Shown here: piece after piece, positions 20,586-31,162 of the stretch | How the letters are laid out: each line of letters opens with the position of its first letter | Position numbering within the stretch: the stretch's first letter is position 1 | Origin: an uncultured bacterium | Lineage (GTDB): Bacteria; Bacillota_I; Bacilli_A; RFN20; CAG-826 | Assembly (NCBI GenBank): GCA_949291375.1 | Contig: CASEVI010000001.1 | Coordinates: 2,967 to 66,966, forward strand | DNA length: 64,000 bases | Direction: 5' to 3' | Program-made: the position numbers and the translations under genes | The notes under the pieces: model-generated | Told to the model about the DNA's origin: nothing | What the model saw: only the letters and a program-made list of their open reading frames with translations | Databases searched by the model: none

Positions 20586-20859
20586 CACGTCTTGTTATAG
20601 TGAGGGAAACTTTTTTTATCGATGTTCGACAACCCCTTTTATGAATACCTCTGCCTCTTGTTAATCTTATTTTTCCAAAAAAGCAATAAAGGAAAGTCTC
20701 ATGTATGAAAGTGAAAAAAAGAGGAAGTCGGATTGTGACTTTTGAAGTTACAATCAACCTTTTCCTCATCAACTTCAAATTCATTATAACTAAGGAAATC
20801 TAAGATGAGAAGAGACATGTCCTCGCTCCCCTATTATAATCAATCATTAAGATCCCGTG
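20586..20859 (-). ncRNA. Candidate ~275-nt structured RNA of unknown family
   Basis: Nested long-range stems with several G-U pairs on the - strand (see findings); GC-richer than flanks. Confidence 0.45.
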
Positions 20860-20861
20860 TG

Positions 20862-23135
20862 TTAATTTCTTTTTATAAATAATGTTAAGGCGTTTAAACA
20901 AACTGTAACGCTAGATAAAGCCATTAACATTGAGCAATACATTGGTTCTAATACAAATCCTAATTTAGCAAACACCCCAGCAGCTACTGGAATAAATATA
21001 ACATTATAAATAAATGCCCAAAAAAGATTAAAAGAGATATTATTTCTTATTCTTTTAGATATATTTAAAATTTTAAATATATCTGTCAATGAAGATCTCA
21101 TTAATATAAATTCAGCACTCGCTAAAGCAATATCACTTCCTTTAGCTACAGCTACTCCAACATCACTTCTAGTTAAAGCAATTGAATCATTAACTCCGTC
21201 TCCAACCATCATAACTTTATATCCTTCATTTTGAAGACGAATTATTTCTTTATCTTTTTCGGTTGGTTTAACTTCACTAATTACTTCTTCAATCCCTACT
21301 TCTTTAGCAATAAAGGATGCAATATTTTTATTATCCCCAGTTAATAAAACCATCTTTTTAAATCTTTTTTTAGCTTGTTTTATAAATTCTTTACTTTCTT
21401 TTTTTAATTTATCTTTCAAATAATAGAATCCATAAATTTCACCGGCCTTATTATAAACACAAATAGGAATTTCACCTTTAAATGATCTATCTTCTATTTC
21501 TTTTAAAATATCTTCATTTAATGAAACTATATCTTTGGCAAATGATAAATTAGTAACATAAATAACTTCATCTTTAAATGTGGCTTTTATTCCAGCCCCA
21601 GGTAAAGTTTCATTCATCATAAATTTATCATTTAATGAATTTACTTCATTTTTTAAATATAAAGTTATTGCTTTAGCGATAGGATGCTCACTATAAGATT
21701 CCATCGTATAAATTTTTTCTTTTAATTCATCTGTTAATTCTTTTTTAAAAACGGTAAATGAAACAGTTAATTCTCCTTCTGTAATTGTATTTGTTTTATC
21801 TAAAACTAAACAATCAATATCTTTTACTTTTTCAATTCCTTCACTTTTTTGAACTAAAACATAGTTTTTACTAAATACTGATGAACCAACTAGTAAAGAA
21901 ATAGGAGTAGCTAAACCTAAAGCACAAGGACAAGAAATAACTAAAACTCCTACTGCAAAAGTAAATGCTTCATCAAATCCATTTATAAAATGAGATGAAG
22001 TTATAATTACGCAGTTTTGATTACCGATTGTATAACCTAAACTTATCCAAATAATAAATACAATGACTGATAAAATCATGACTGTTGGAACAAATATTTT
22101 AGCAACTTTATCGACCTTTTTAGTTAAAGGAGTTTTCATATTGCTAGCTTCGCTAACTAAAGAAGCAATCTTATTTAATAAATTATCTTTTTTATCCTTA
22201 TTAACTAATATTTTTAAAGAAGATTCTTTATTAACACTTCCTCCAACCACTAAATCATCTTCTTTCTTAAATATAGGAAGTGATTCTCCACTAATAATTG
22301 ATTCATCAACACTACTTTTTCCACTTAATACTATACCATCACAAGGTATTGTTTCTCCTGGTTTGACAATTAAAACATCATGTAATTTAACAAGTTTTGT
22401 AGGTGTATCAACTATTTCATTATTAATTAAGACATGAGCTGTTTTTGGACGTAATGCTAAAAGAGCTCTAATTGTTGATTTAGCTTTATTTTTAGATAAA
22501 TCTTCAATATATTTTCCTAAAGATACAACGACTAATACCATTGCAGCACTATCTAAATATAAATGGAAATGCGAAAAAGGATAAATTCCTGGATTAACTA
22601 TTACATTAAATGTTAAATATATTGAATAAATAAAAGAAAAGAAACTACCTAAAAATACTAATGAATCCATATTAAAAGATAATTTTATAATCGATAAGAA
22701 TCCACTTTTATAATAATCAAAAAACATTATTACAATAATAATAGTTATTATATATTGAACAACATTAGAAATAATAAAAGGACTTTCTTTTATTATTTCT
22801 GGAAATATATCACTATACATTCCTCCCATTCCAAAAAATAAAAGAGGAATAAGAAGAATAAATCCAACAATTATTTTAATTAATCTTTTATAATCTTTTT
22901 TATTTTCATAGACGCTTTCTTCGTCAAAATCATCTACTAACTCATATCCTGCATCTTTAACTGCTTTAATTAATTTTTCTTTATCAAGTTTTTTATCATC
23001 AAAAGAGATTTTTGCACTATTAGTCATTAAATTTACTTCACAAGAAGTAACTCCATCAACCTTTTTAGCAGCATTTTCTACATTAATTTTACATGCTGCG
23101 CAATGCATATTTTTAACGCTATATTCTTTTTCCAT
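20862..23135 (-). CDS. copA: Cu(I)-exporting P1B-1 ATPase
   Basis: N-terminal MHCAAC HMA domain, CPCALGLA, SEHPIA, GDGVND, YN and MALSS motifs; phosphorylation motif reads DKTNT. Confidence 0.88.
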   Translation of the reverse strand: MEKEYSVKNMHCAACKINVENAAKKVDGVTSCEVNLMTNSAKISFDDKKLDKEKLIKAVKDAGYELVDDFDEESVYENKKDYKRLIKIIVGFILLIPLLFFGMGGMYSDIFPEIIKESPFIISNVVQYIITIIIVIMFFDYYKSGFLSIIKLSFNMDSLVFLGSFFSFIYSIYLTFNVIVNPGIYPFSHFHLYLDSAAMVLVVVSLGKYIEDLSKNKAKSTIRALLALRPKTAHVLINNEIVDTPTKLVKLHDVLIVKPGETIPCDGIVLSGKSSVDESIISGESLPIFKKEDDLVVGGSVNKESSLKILVNKDKKDNLLNKIASLVSEASNMKTPLTKKVDKVAKIFVPTVMILSVIVFIIWISLGYTIGNQNCVIITSSHFINGFDEAFTFAVGVLVISCPCALGLATPISLLVGSSVFSKNYVLVQKSEGIEKVKDIDCLVLDKTNTITEGELTVSFTVFKKELTDELKEKIYTMESYSEHPIAKAITLYLKNEVNSLNDKFMMNETLPGAGIKATFKDEVIYVTNLSFAKDIVSLNEDILKEIEDRSFKGEIPICVYNKAGEIYGFYYLKDKLKKESKEFIKQAKKRFKKMVLLTGDNKNIASFIAKEVGIEEVISEVKPTEKDKEIIRLQNEGYKVMMVGDGVNDSIALTRSDVGVAVAKGSDIALASAEFILMRSSLTDIFKILNISKRIRNNISFNLFWAFIYNVIFIPVAAGVFAKLGFVLEPMYCSMLMALSSVTVCLNALTLFIKRN

Positions 23136-23180
23136 AAATTATTTTTTTAGAATAAATAGCTTTTAAAATTAAATAAATAC

Positions 23181-23714
23181 TTAATTCTTTTTATTAATTT
23201 TTAAACGATGATAAACATCTAACATTTTATCAAGTTTCGAAATATCAGTTAAATCCATTGGTGTAGTTAATCTTGCGCTTATTTGATCTAAAGGTAAATT
23301 TTGCTTTTTAGCAGCAGCTTCTAAACCAATCTTCATCATTTTTTGCATGATTTTACCCATTTTTGAATAATCCATACCTCCTGGAAGAAGATAGAGTCTA
23401 ACATGATAATAATTTAATCCATTCGAAGTTATAACTATATCTTTCTTTTCATCAGTTATAGGTTCAATTCCAGTACAAAAAACGAATATATTTTTATCTT
23501 TAAACTTTTCATAATGTTTTAAAAATTTATCTAAACCAAGTATTTTGCTATTTCTTAACGGCCCTCCAAAAAATATAAAATCGACATCTTTTATCATTTT
23601 TACCTTAAATTTTTTAATATCAACCACTTCTGATTCTGGTAATCTTCTTTCTAAAGAATCGACGTATTTTTTAGTAAAACCAGTATCACTTCTATAAACA
23701 ATTAAATTTTCCAT
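23181..23714 (-). CDS. Flavodoxin-domain protein (HemG/Flavodoxin_5-like)
   Basis: IVYRSDTGFTKKY, FFGG, LPGGMDYSKM. Confidence 0.75.
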   Translation of the reverse strand: MENLIVYRSDTGFTKKYVDSLERRLPESEVVDIKKFKVKMIKDVDFIFFGGPLRNSKILGLDKFLKHYEKFKDKNIFVFCTGIEPITDEKKDIVITSNGLNYYHVRLYLLPGGMDYSKMGKIMQKMMKIGLEAAAKKQNLPLDQISARLTTPMDLTDISKLDKMLDVYHRLKINKKN

Positions 23715-23837
23715 AATAACCTTATTATATATAAGAAAATCATGAAAACAAGCAGGTCAATTTTTAAAAATTTAAGAATTAACTATTTTGAATTTAAATC
23801 AACAAATAAATATTTTCAAGAAATATGCATTTAAAAC

Positions 23838-23870
23838 TTGACAGTTGAACGGTTGTTCAACTATTATATT
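23838..23870 (+). promoter_or_regulatory. sigmaA promoter with overlapping ArsR/SmtB operator
   Basis: TTGACA 23838-23843; inverted repeat AGTTGAAC-ggtt-GTTCAACT 23843-23862; TATTAT/TATATT just after; directly upstream of the ArsR gene. Confidence 0.8.
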
Positions 23871-23896
23871 AATGATAAAGCGAGGGGGCGTTAATA

Positions 23897-24226
23897 ATGG
23901 ATGAAAAAATAATACCTGTAAATAAGCTAACTAGAAAAATAAAAGATGAAGAAATTTATGATTTATCTGATTTTTTTAAAGTTCTTGGTGATTCTACTCG
24001 TTTAAAAATACTTTGGGCACTTGATAGAAACGAAATGACTGTTACTGAATTATGTTCTCTTTTAGGAATGACAAAAAGTGCAATTTCTCATCAACTTAAA
24101 GTATTAAAAGATAATAAATTAGTAAATTATCGAAAGGTTGGAAAAAATGTGATTTATGAACTTGATGATTTACATATTTCTACAATTATAGAAACAGCTC
24201 AAATTCATTTAAAAGAGGGGAGATAA
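23897..24226 (+). CDS. ArsR/SmtB-family metalloregulator (CadC/CzrA-like)
   Basis: LSDFFKVLGDSTRLKIL, SAISHQL, DDLH...HLKE alpha5 metal site. Confidence 0.92.
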   Translation: MDEKIIPVNKLTRKIKDEEIYDLSDFFKVLGDSTRLKILWALDRNEMTVTELCSLLGMTKSAISHQLKVLKDNKLVNYRKVGKNVIYELDDLHISTIIETAQIHLKEGR

Positions 24227-24235
24227 AACAGTTTT

Positions 24236-24448
24236 ATGGAAAGAATTTATATTGTAAAAGGTTTAGATTGTGCTAATTGTGCAAGAGAATTTGAAGAAAA
24301 AATAAATAAAGTTATTGGAGTAAATAAAGCTATCGTCAATTTTATGACTTTAAAACTTATTGTTGATTTATCTAATGATTGTGAAGAAGAAATTTTAAAA
24401 ATCGCTAATAATTTTGAAGATGGTTTAACTCTAAAAAGAATCAAATAA
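24236..24448 (+). CDS. Heavy-metal-associated (HMA) domain protein
   Basis: GLDCANCA motif; stand-alone metal-binding domain before the ATPase. Confidence 0.88.
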   Translation: MERIYIVKGLDCANCAREFEEKINKVIGVNKAIVNFMTLKLIVDLSNDCEEEILKIANNFEDGLTLKRIK

Positions 24449-24475
24449 TATCTTTTAATAAATGGGGGTGTTTTT

Positions 24476-26389
24476 ATGTCTAAAAAAGAAAAATATGATA
24501 TTTTTGCAATAATTTTTGGAATTATAATCACAATTCCAATGTTAATTTTATCCTTTACAATTGGTGATAATCTTTTAGGACCAAGCGATATTAAAACATT
24601 GATTATTTTACCTTTATCACTTCTTGCTTATTTATTATTAATTTATGATTTTTTAATTAAAACAGTTAAAAATTTTAAGAAAAAAAGATTTTTTGATGAA
24701 ATAACTTTAACATTAATAGCTTCAATCGTTGCTTTTATTGTTGGAGAATACGTTGAAGGTTTAGCAGTCGTTGTATTTTTCCAAATCGGCGAAAAATTCG
24801 AAGATTATGCCGTTAATAAATCTAGAAAATCTATTAAAGAAGTTTTAGATATTAGATCAGATAAAGCTACTTTATATATAAATGGCGAAGAAAAAGTCGT
24901 TGATCCATATGATGTAAATGTTGATGATTTAATTATTGTTAAAAATGGAGAAAGGATTCCTCTTGATGGTATAGTTTATAAAGGCGAATCTTTTTTAGAT
25001 ACTTCTTCTTTAACTGGTGAACCTGTCCCTAAAAGAGCTAAAGAAGGCGATGTTGTTTTAAGTGGAGTTATAAATAAAGGGTCTCCTTTAATTATCAAAG
25101 TTAATAAGCCATTTTATGATTCCACCGTTTCAAAAATCATGGATATGGTCGAAAATGCTACAAATACAAAAACAAAAAACGAAAGATTTATTACAAAATT
25201 TTCAAAATATTACACTCCAATTGTTTTAATTATAGCTTTACTCATTGCTGTTATTACCCCATTTTTTGGAGATTTTAGAGTCTTAAACACTTGGAGTAAT
25301 TCATTTTTTAATGCCGCTTCACTTTTAGTTGTGTCTTGCCCTTGTGCACTTGTTCTTTCTGTACCTATGGCTTATTTTGTTGGGATTGGAGAGGCTAGTA
25401 AAATTAAAATGCTTATTAAAGGCAGCGCATATTTAGAAGATTTATCTAAACTTGATACTGTAATTCTTGATAAGACCGGAACAATTACTAAGGGAAACTT
25501 TGTTTTAACAGATATTATTCCTGCTTCAAATGATATATCTAAAGAAGAAATATTATCTTTAGCAAAAATTGCTGAATATAACTCACTCCATCCTATTGCT
25601 TTATCAATAATAGGCGATGATAAGTCAAATATTGATATAAGCGAACGGAAAAATGATAAAACTATTGAAGGGGAAGGAATTGAAGGATTATATAAAAATA
25701 AACTTCTTCTTGCTGGAAATACTAAATTATTAAAAAGATATAACATTGAATTTACTTTAAATAAAGAAGTAGGAACAATTGTTTATATTGCTTACGACAA
25801 TAAATTCTTAGGGTCAATGGTTATTAAAGATGAAATTAAAGAAGATAGTAAGAATGCTTTAACTGAATTTAAGAAAATCGGTATTAAAAATACCTATATG
25901 TTGACTGGTGATAATTTAGAAACCGCTAATTATGTAGCAAGTATATGCCATATCGATAATGTTAAAGCTAATCTTTTACCTTTAGATAAGGTTGAAGAGG
26001 TTAAAAAAATTGAAAATGACAAAAATAATAAAAAAGTTGCTTTTTGTGGAGATGGAGTCAATGATGCTCCTTCAATGGGAATTGTTGATTTAGGAATTTC
26101 AATGGGTGGAATTGGTAGCGATGCTGCTATTGAAGCTAGTGATATTGTTATAATGGATGATAAATTATCAACTTTAGTAAAAGGAAAACATATTGCTAAA
26201 CGAACATTAAATGCAGTTTATATCAATATAGTTTTCGCTATTTTAATAAAATTAATCGCTGTAATAATTGCTACTCTTAACCTTATCCCTGCTTATATTA
26301 TGTGGATTGCAATTTTTGCAGACGTAGGAGTTACTTTTCTTTGTGTTTGCCACTCATTGACATTAATGATTCATAAAAAATACAAATAA
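24476..26389 (+). CDS. cadA: Cd/Zn/Pb-exporting P1B-2 ATPase
   Basis: LTGEP, SCPCALVLS, DKTGT, GDGVNDAP, K and FADVG motifs. Confidence 0.92.
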   Translation: MSKKEKYDIFAIIFGIIITIPMLILSFTIGDNLLGPSDIKTLIILPLSLLAYLLLIYDFLIKTVKNFKKKRFFDEITLTLIASIVAFIVGEYVEGLAVVVFFQIGEKFEDYAVNKSRKSIKEVLDIRSDKATLYINGEEKVVDPYDVNVDDLIIVKNGERIPLDGIVYKGESFLDTSSLTGEPVPKRAKEGDVVLSGVINKGSPLIIKVNKPFYDSTVSKIMDMVENATNTKTKNERFITKFSKYYTPIVLIIALLIAVITPFFGDFRVLNTWSNSFFNAASLLVVSCPCALVLSVPMAYFVGIGEASKIKMLIKGSAYLEDLSKLDTVILDKTGTITKGNFVLTDIIPASNDISKEEILSLAKIAEYNSLHPIALSIIGDDKSNIDISERKNDKTIEGEGIEGLYKNKLLLAGNTKLLKRYNIEFTLNKEVGTIVYIAYDNKFLGSMVIKDEIKEDSKNALTEFKKIGIKNTYMLTGDNLETANYVASICHIDNVKANLLPLDKVEEVKKIENDKNNKKVAFCGDGVNDAPSMGIVDLGISMGGIGSDAAIEASDIVIMDDKLSTLVKGKHIAKRTLNAVYINIVFAILIKLIAVIIATLNLIPAYIMWIAIFADVGVTFLCVCHSLTLMIHKKYK

Positions 26390-26454
26390 ATTAATAGTTT
26401 TAAGTTATATTTTAAAAACTATGGAATCTAGTATTTAAAACTAGAAAATTGAAT

Positions 26455-26482
26455 AAAGCCTTAATTTAGGGCTTTTTTCTTT
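26455..26482 (+). terminator. Intrinsic terminator of the arsR-HMA-cadA operon
   Basis: AAAGCC-ttaatttag-GGCTTT followed by TTTCTTT. Confidence 0.65.
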
Positions 26483-26510
26483 TGACATAACAAAATAATA
26501 AGTATATATT
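26482..26510 (+). promoter_or_regulatory. sigmaA promoter for the giant lipoprotein gene
   Basis: TTGACA 26482-26487, 17 bp spacer, TATATT 26505-26510. Confidence 0.6.
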
Positions 26511-26553
26511 TTATTCGTGACGAATTAATTAAAAGTTTAACTTTAAAAGGTAT

Positions 26554-29500
26554 TTGATATATATGAAACTTAAAAGAACAAAACTTATCTTTTGCTCGCT
26601 TTTTATTGCTTTGGCTACATTAACAAGTTGTGGTGAAAATATAGCAAATGAAAATACATCCTCTTCAAACAATACTAATAAAGGGGAAATTTTAATAAAT
26701 GAAAAAGATGATGAAAAAATAGTCAAAGAAAAATTTAATGAATCATTGAAAGAAAATTATACATATAAACTCGATGATTCATCTTTTCTTTCGTTAAAAA
26801 ATAGAAATAGTAATGAAAAATATACCTTAAATATTAATTATGGAAATTTGTCTTTTAAAAACGGCACTACTTCTTCTTACAACATTTCTTTTGAAAATAA
26901 AGATAATACATCAGATTTGCTTTTAAATAATACAAGTGCAGTTTTTTCTTCAATAAAAAATAAAGATGATTTAGCATACATCAAGCAAAATAATGAATTA
27001 TCATCACTCTTTTCATTGGCAAATAATAAGAAAATTACATTTAATAATGAAAACACATCAATTTCATCCTTATTTAACGAGGTTTTTTCTTCAATCGAAG
27101 AATCTACAATTATTAAAAACTCTGCTACTAACGAATATAAATTTGTTTCACCTTCTTATGAACTAATAGCCGATTCATCATCATTCAAATTAAAAGAAAT
27201 CAAAACTAATAAACAAAATAATAAGTCATTAAATTATGAAATGGATTTAAAATTTAATGAAGTAAACAAGGTTGAAGAAAGAAAGTTAATAAATGAAGAT
27301 AATCCAACAGATTTTTTAACAACTTTAACTAAATTATTTAATAATTCTAATTTTAAAACAATTTTTGATATAAATATTGAACCTATAAAAGAAGTTAAAT
27401 TAGGTAATATTAATACAAAAGGTATCGATTTAAATGAAAAATCTTATCATTTTAAAGGAGATATAAATTTTGATTTAAGAAATAGTGATTTACTTGATAA
27501 TTCAAAAATTGAACTTAATTTAACTCACTATACTTCTAAAGATTTATCTAACGAAATTTCTTTACAATATAAAAATACTAATGTTTATTTTAGAAGCGGA
27601 AATTTAATAAAAGGGAAAATTAAAGAAAGTAGTGTTTCTTCGTTAATTGATACAATCTCTTTAATTGGTGATGACACTTCTTTTTCTTCTCTTTTAGCAA
27701 ACCCACTTAATAATATTTTTAATAATGATTCATTTTTAAAGATAAGTGAAGGAAATATTTCTTCAATTAATAGTATTAACGATTATATAAAGGAATTAAA
27801 AATTAGAAACAATGTAATTTCTTTAAAATTAGATACTAAATTATTTTCTCTTCCTTCATCAATTCTTTCTTTAAAAATCGGTCTTAACAATTTAAAACTT
27901 AAAACTATTGAAATAGATAATTTTAAAATTAATGATGAAGCTATACTAAGTGGATCATTACGTTTTATAGAAAACTCTTCTTTTTCATCTATTGATGAAA
28001 AAGAATATCCTTCATATGATTTTTTACCTTCTTTTATTAATTCACTATATAAAATAGTTGATGAAAAAAGATTTGGTGGAAATTTATCTTTTGCTATTAC
28101 TAATAAAAAAGATAAATCTTTATTATCTTTAAATACTAAATTAAATGCTTATTTACCTTCATTTGATGATTTAACCACTTCTTCATTTGTTTTAAATTCT
28201 CCTTCCTTTTCAAGTGTTGATAGTAATGGTAATAATAATTTTCCTTTACCATTAAAGATAGAAAAACTATCTTATCAAAAAGATAAAAATAATAAAAAGA
28301 GCATCTTTTTTAATGGAGAAATCGGTAAAAATGGATTTTTACCACTAAAATTAAAAATGAATGAAGATTTACTTAAAGATGAAACCTTAACTGATTTTAT
28401 ATCCTCTTTTTCATCTAATAATAACAATAATAATTTTTTAGATTCTCTAATTGATCCTTCTTATATCAATTTAATTAATACTTATATAGATAAAATAATG
28501 AATAATAACTCATTAAAAAATGATTTAAATAAAGTTATTAATGATTTTTCTTTATCTAACTTAGAAAGTTTAATTTCTATTTATAATAACGAAGATATTT
28601 TAGAAATTAGATTAAATACTTCTTATTTATTTAATGACGATCTAACAAACAAAGGAATAAAAAAAGAAAGTAATGATATAAACGATGAAATTTCTTTATT
28701 TTATAATATAAAACTTAATAAATTATCTGGTATATATCTATCTTTAAACGAAGATGATACTAATATTACTTTATCTTATGGATATAATTATTATTCATCT
28801 TTAGAATTTATTTCTAAAGATGAAGAAAAAGATTATTTAGATGCTTCTAAAGTTATTGAAACTGTCTCTAATATAAACTCTTTTACCCCTTCTTTTTCAA
28901 TAAATAATATTTACGATATCGATGTTAGAAATTTTGCGGATGGAATAAATATTAATAATGCAAGAGTAGGAATAAATAGAAATAATGAAGGTGATATTTA
29001 TAGTGAAGGAATGTTTAATTTAAACATTAATAATTCGACAAACTTAGATTTTAAATTCATTTATGATGATAAAGAATTTAACGATGAATCTTTTTCTCTT
29101 GGATATAATGATGGAAATATTATTTTTAATGATCCTAGCAACGGAATAATTTTTCCAGAAGGTCAATTACAAGCCGAAATTAAATTAAATAATATGGTTA
29201 GTCCGCTTCATTTAATCACTAAAACTTCTTCCCCTTTTAACTGTTTATCAGAGTTTTTATCTATAAGCGATGAAAATGTTTTAGCAACATTTAGAGATTC
29301 TTTTGCTTCTATTTTAGATGAATTATTTAATCAAGATTTACCATTATTTACCTTAATTTCTAATAAAGAATATTTAGAGTTATTAGATAAAAATATTTTT
29401 AAAGATTATTCATTTACTTTAAAAGAAAACATGGATAAATCTAAAGATATTGAAGTTAAGTTATTGATAAATCCAGCATATTTAAATAATGAAGAAGAAA

Positions 29501-31116
29501 AAACATATTCAAAAGATATCGAAATTTATTTAAGTGCTAATTTAGATCAAAATAATGTTATTAGTTTAAATAATTTAAAAATTGATGCAACCGATTCAAG
29601 TGCATTTAATTTAGAAAATTTTTATATTGAACTTAAAAATAATGGCAAATTTATTGAAGAAAACACCACTTCTTCTTTATATTTGTTAGATTCTTTTGAA
29701 AAATACGATAAAAATACTAATTCTTCTGATTTTGTTAATTTAGATGATTGTGTAAATTTAATTAATATTGGTATTTCTACAACCGAACAACATTATTTTG
29801 AATTAGAAGGTGTTTTAAAAATTAATTTATCAATTCTTGGAATTGATTATGATTTATCTTCGGCAATTCCAGATAAATTTGTAAATGCAAAAATAGAATT
29901 AATTAAACCAGAAGGAAGTAATTTATATTCTCAAACTAGAGCTCATCTTACTTTAAGAAACTATGGCCAAAACAGCATTATTGATTCTAGCGATAATTTT
30001 GTTGAATATTTTACTGAAAGATTAGATTTAGGAGCTCAAGGATATCAAGAAATTTGTTATATTGTTAAAACAAGTGGAACATATGTACCAGAAAAAATTA
30101 ATATCATTAAAGAACAAGAATTAATTGAAACAGTTTACACTACAGATTCTAATAAAATTAAAGAACTTGAACAAAAATATGCAGAAGAAAATTATATTAT
30201 AAACGGGAAAGAACAATTAAAGGCTAAAAAAGAAAGTTGGGGAAGAGATAGAAATGGCGCATATAATAGACAAAAAGAATTAAACGAAACTTACAAAGAT
30301 AGTAATTTAGCTAAAGTAAATGAACATAAAGTTCTTTTTTGGACAACTTATGAAGTAGTAATTGGTCCTCGTTATGATTTAACGGTTTATTCTAAACCTA
30401 TAACCGAAACTATCCCTTCACATAACGAATTTAATCAAACAATCTATAAAGTTACCCAAGAAGAATTATTAGGTAACGGCGGATTAAATATAGTTTATTA
30501 TTTATTAGATTTAGGAATAATTGAGAAGCTTAATACTACTTTAGTTAAAGCATCACACGAATCTTTAATGGCAGTAATCTATAACTCTATTCTAAACTCA
30601 GATTCATCTAGCAGTGAATCAAAACCTTTAGATTTATTTGGTTGCATGCAAAACTTCGAAACAAGTTCATCAAACTTCTCTATGATTTTTGATTTAGGAA
30701 ACTTAGCAAATATGGATGAACTTTTAGGCGCTAAAATTAGTTTAAGTTATTCCGATAACAAATTAACTTCGCTGTTAATTACAGGAAGTGGTAACGATAA
30801 TTTAATCATTGATGGATTAGCCGGATTAATCGATGTTAGCTTCTCTTTAGATATAAAACTTATTGAAAAACCATCTTCTATGGAAAGATATGATAATTTT
30901 ATAAATTCAATTCATAATTATGAAAAAAATAATTCAATTGAGTATTATCAGCTAACTGGTTATACATATTATCAATCTGAATTTACAATTTTAGGTTTTA
31001 TTCCTATTAAACAAGATGGGCAAACCCCTACCTCTAATAATGCTTCCATTTCAATTACAATTTCAGATATAGAAAAAGATGAAACTTTATTAGGATTAAT
31101 TTATGGTTTAAATTAA
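26554..31116 (+). CDS. Giant (~1520 aa) lipoprotein of unknown function
   Basis: MKLKRTKLIFCSLFIALATLTSC lipobox (probable start 26563); N/S/K/L-rich with apparent internal ~250-300-aa modules. Confidence 0.8.
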   Translation: MIYMKLKRTKLIFCSLFIALATLTSCGENIANENTSSSNNTNKGEILINEKDDEKIVKEKFNESLKENYTYKLDDSSFLSLKNRNSNEKYTLNINYGNLSFKNGTTSSYNISFENKDNTSDLLLNNTSAVFSSIKNKDDLAYIKQNNELSSLFSLANNKKITFNNENTSISSLFNEVFSSIEESTIIKNSATNEYKFVSPSYELIADSSSFKLKEIKTNKQNNKSLNYEMDLKFNEVNKVEERKLINEDNPTDFLTTLTKLFNNSNFKTIFDINIEPIKEVKLGNINTKGIDLNEKSYHFKGDINFDLRNSDLLDNSKIELNLTHYTSKDLSNEISLQYKNTNVYFRSGNLIKGKIKESSVSSLIDTISLIGDDTSFSSLLANPLNNIFNNDSFLKISEGNISSINSINDYIKELKIRNNVISLKLDTKLFSLPSSILSLKIGLNNLKLKTIEIDNFKINDEAILSGSLRFIENSSFSSIDEKEYPSYDFLPSFINSLYKIVDEKRFGGNLSFAITNKKDKSLLSLNTKLNAYLPSFDDLTTSSFVLNSPSFSSVDSNGNNNFPLPLKIEKLSYQKDKNNKKSIFFNGEIGKNGFLPLKLKMNEDLLKDETLTDFISSFSSNNNNNNFLDSLIDPSYINLINTYIDKIMNNNSLKNDLNKVINDFSLSNLESLISIYNNEDILEIRLNTSYLFNDDLTNKGIKKESNDINDEISLFYNIKLNKLSGIYLSLNEDDTNITLSYGYNYYSSLEFISKDEEKDYLDASKVIETVSNINSFTPSFSINNIYDIDVRNFADGININNARVGINRNNEGDIYSEGMFNLNINNSTNLDFKFIYDDKEFNDESFSLGYNDGNIIFNDPSNGIIFPEGQLQAEIKLNNMVSPLHLITKTSSPFNCLSEFLSISDENVLATFRDSFASILDELFNQDLPLFTLISNKEYLELLDKNIFKDYSFTLKENMDKSKDIEVKLLINPAYLNNEEEKTYSKDIEIYLSANLDQNNVISLNNLKIDATDSSAFNLENFYIELKNNGKFIEENTTSSLYLLDSFEKYDKNTNSSDFVNLDDCVNLINIGISTTEQHYFELEGVLKINLSILGIDYDLSSAIPDKFVNAKIELIKPEGSNLYSQTRAHLTLRNYGQNSIIDSSDNFVEYFTERLDLGAQGYQEICYIVKTSGTYVPEKINIIKEQELIETVYTTDSNKIKELEQKYAEENYIINGKEQLKAKKESWGRDRNGAYNRQKELNETYKDSNLAKVNEHKVLFWTTYEVVIGPRYDLTVYSKPITETIPSHNEFNQTIYKVTQEELLGNGGLNIVYYLLDLGIIEKLNTTLVKASHESLMAVIYNSILNSDSSSSESKPLDLFGCMQNFETSSSNFSMIFDLGNLANMDELLGAKISLSYSDNKLTSLLITGSGNDNLIIDGLAGLIDVSFSLDIKLIEKPSSMERYDNFINSIHNYEKNNSIEYYQLTGYTYYQSEFTILGFIPIKQDGQTPTSNNASISITISDIEKDETLLGLIYGLN

Positions 31117-31125
31117 GTATTTCAT

Positions 31126-31162
31126 AAAAATAGCCTATTTTCTATAAATATAGGCTATTTTT
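31126..31162. terminator. Bidirectional intrinsic terminator
   Basis: AAAAATAGCCTAT...ATAGGCTATTTTT between convergent genes. Confidence 0.8.

Noticed and set aside
20476-20784. 102-aa ORF, and RNase P-like GGAAAGTC at ~20691
   Set aside because: The ORF is not protein-like and overlaps the structured element; the matching 3' P4 strand of RNase P RNA is not visible
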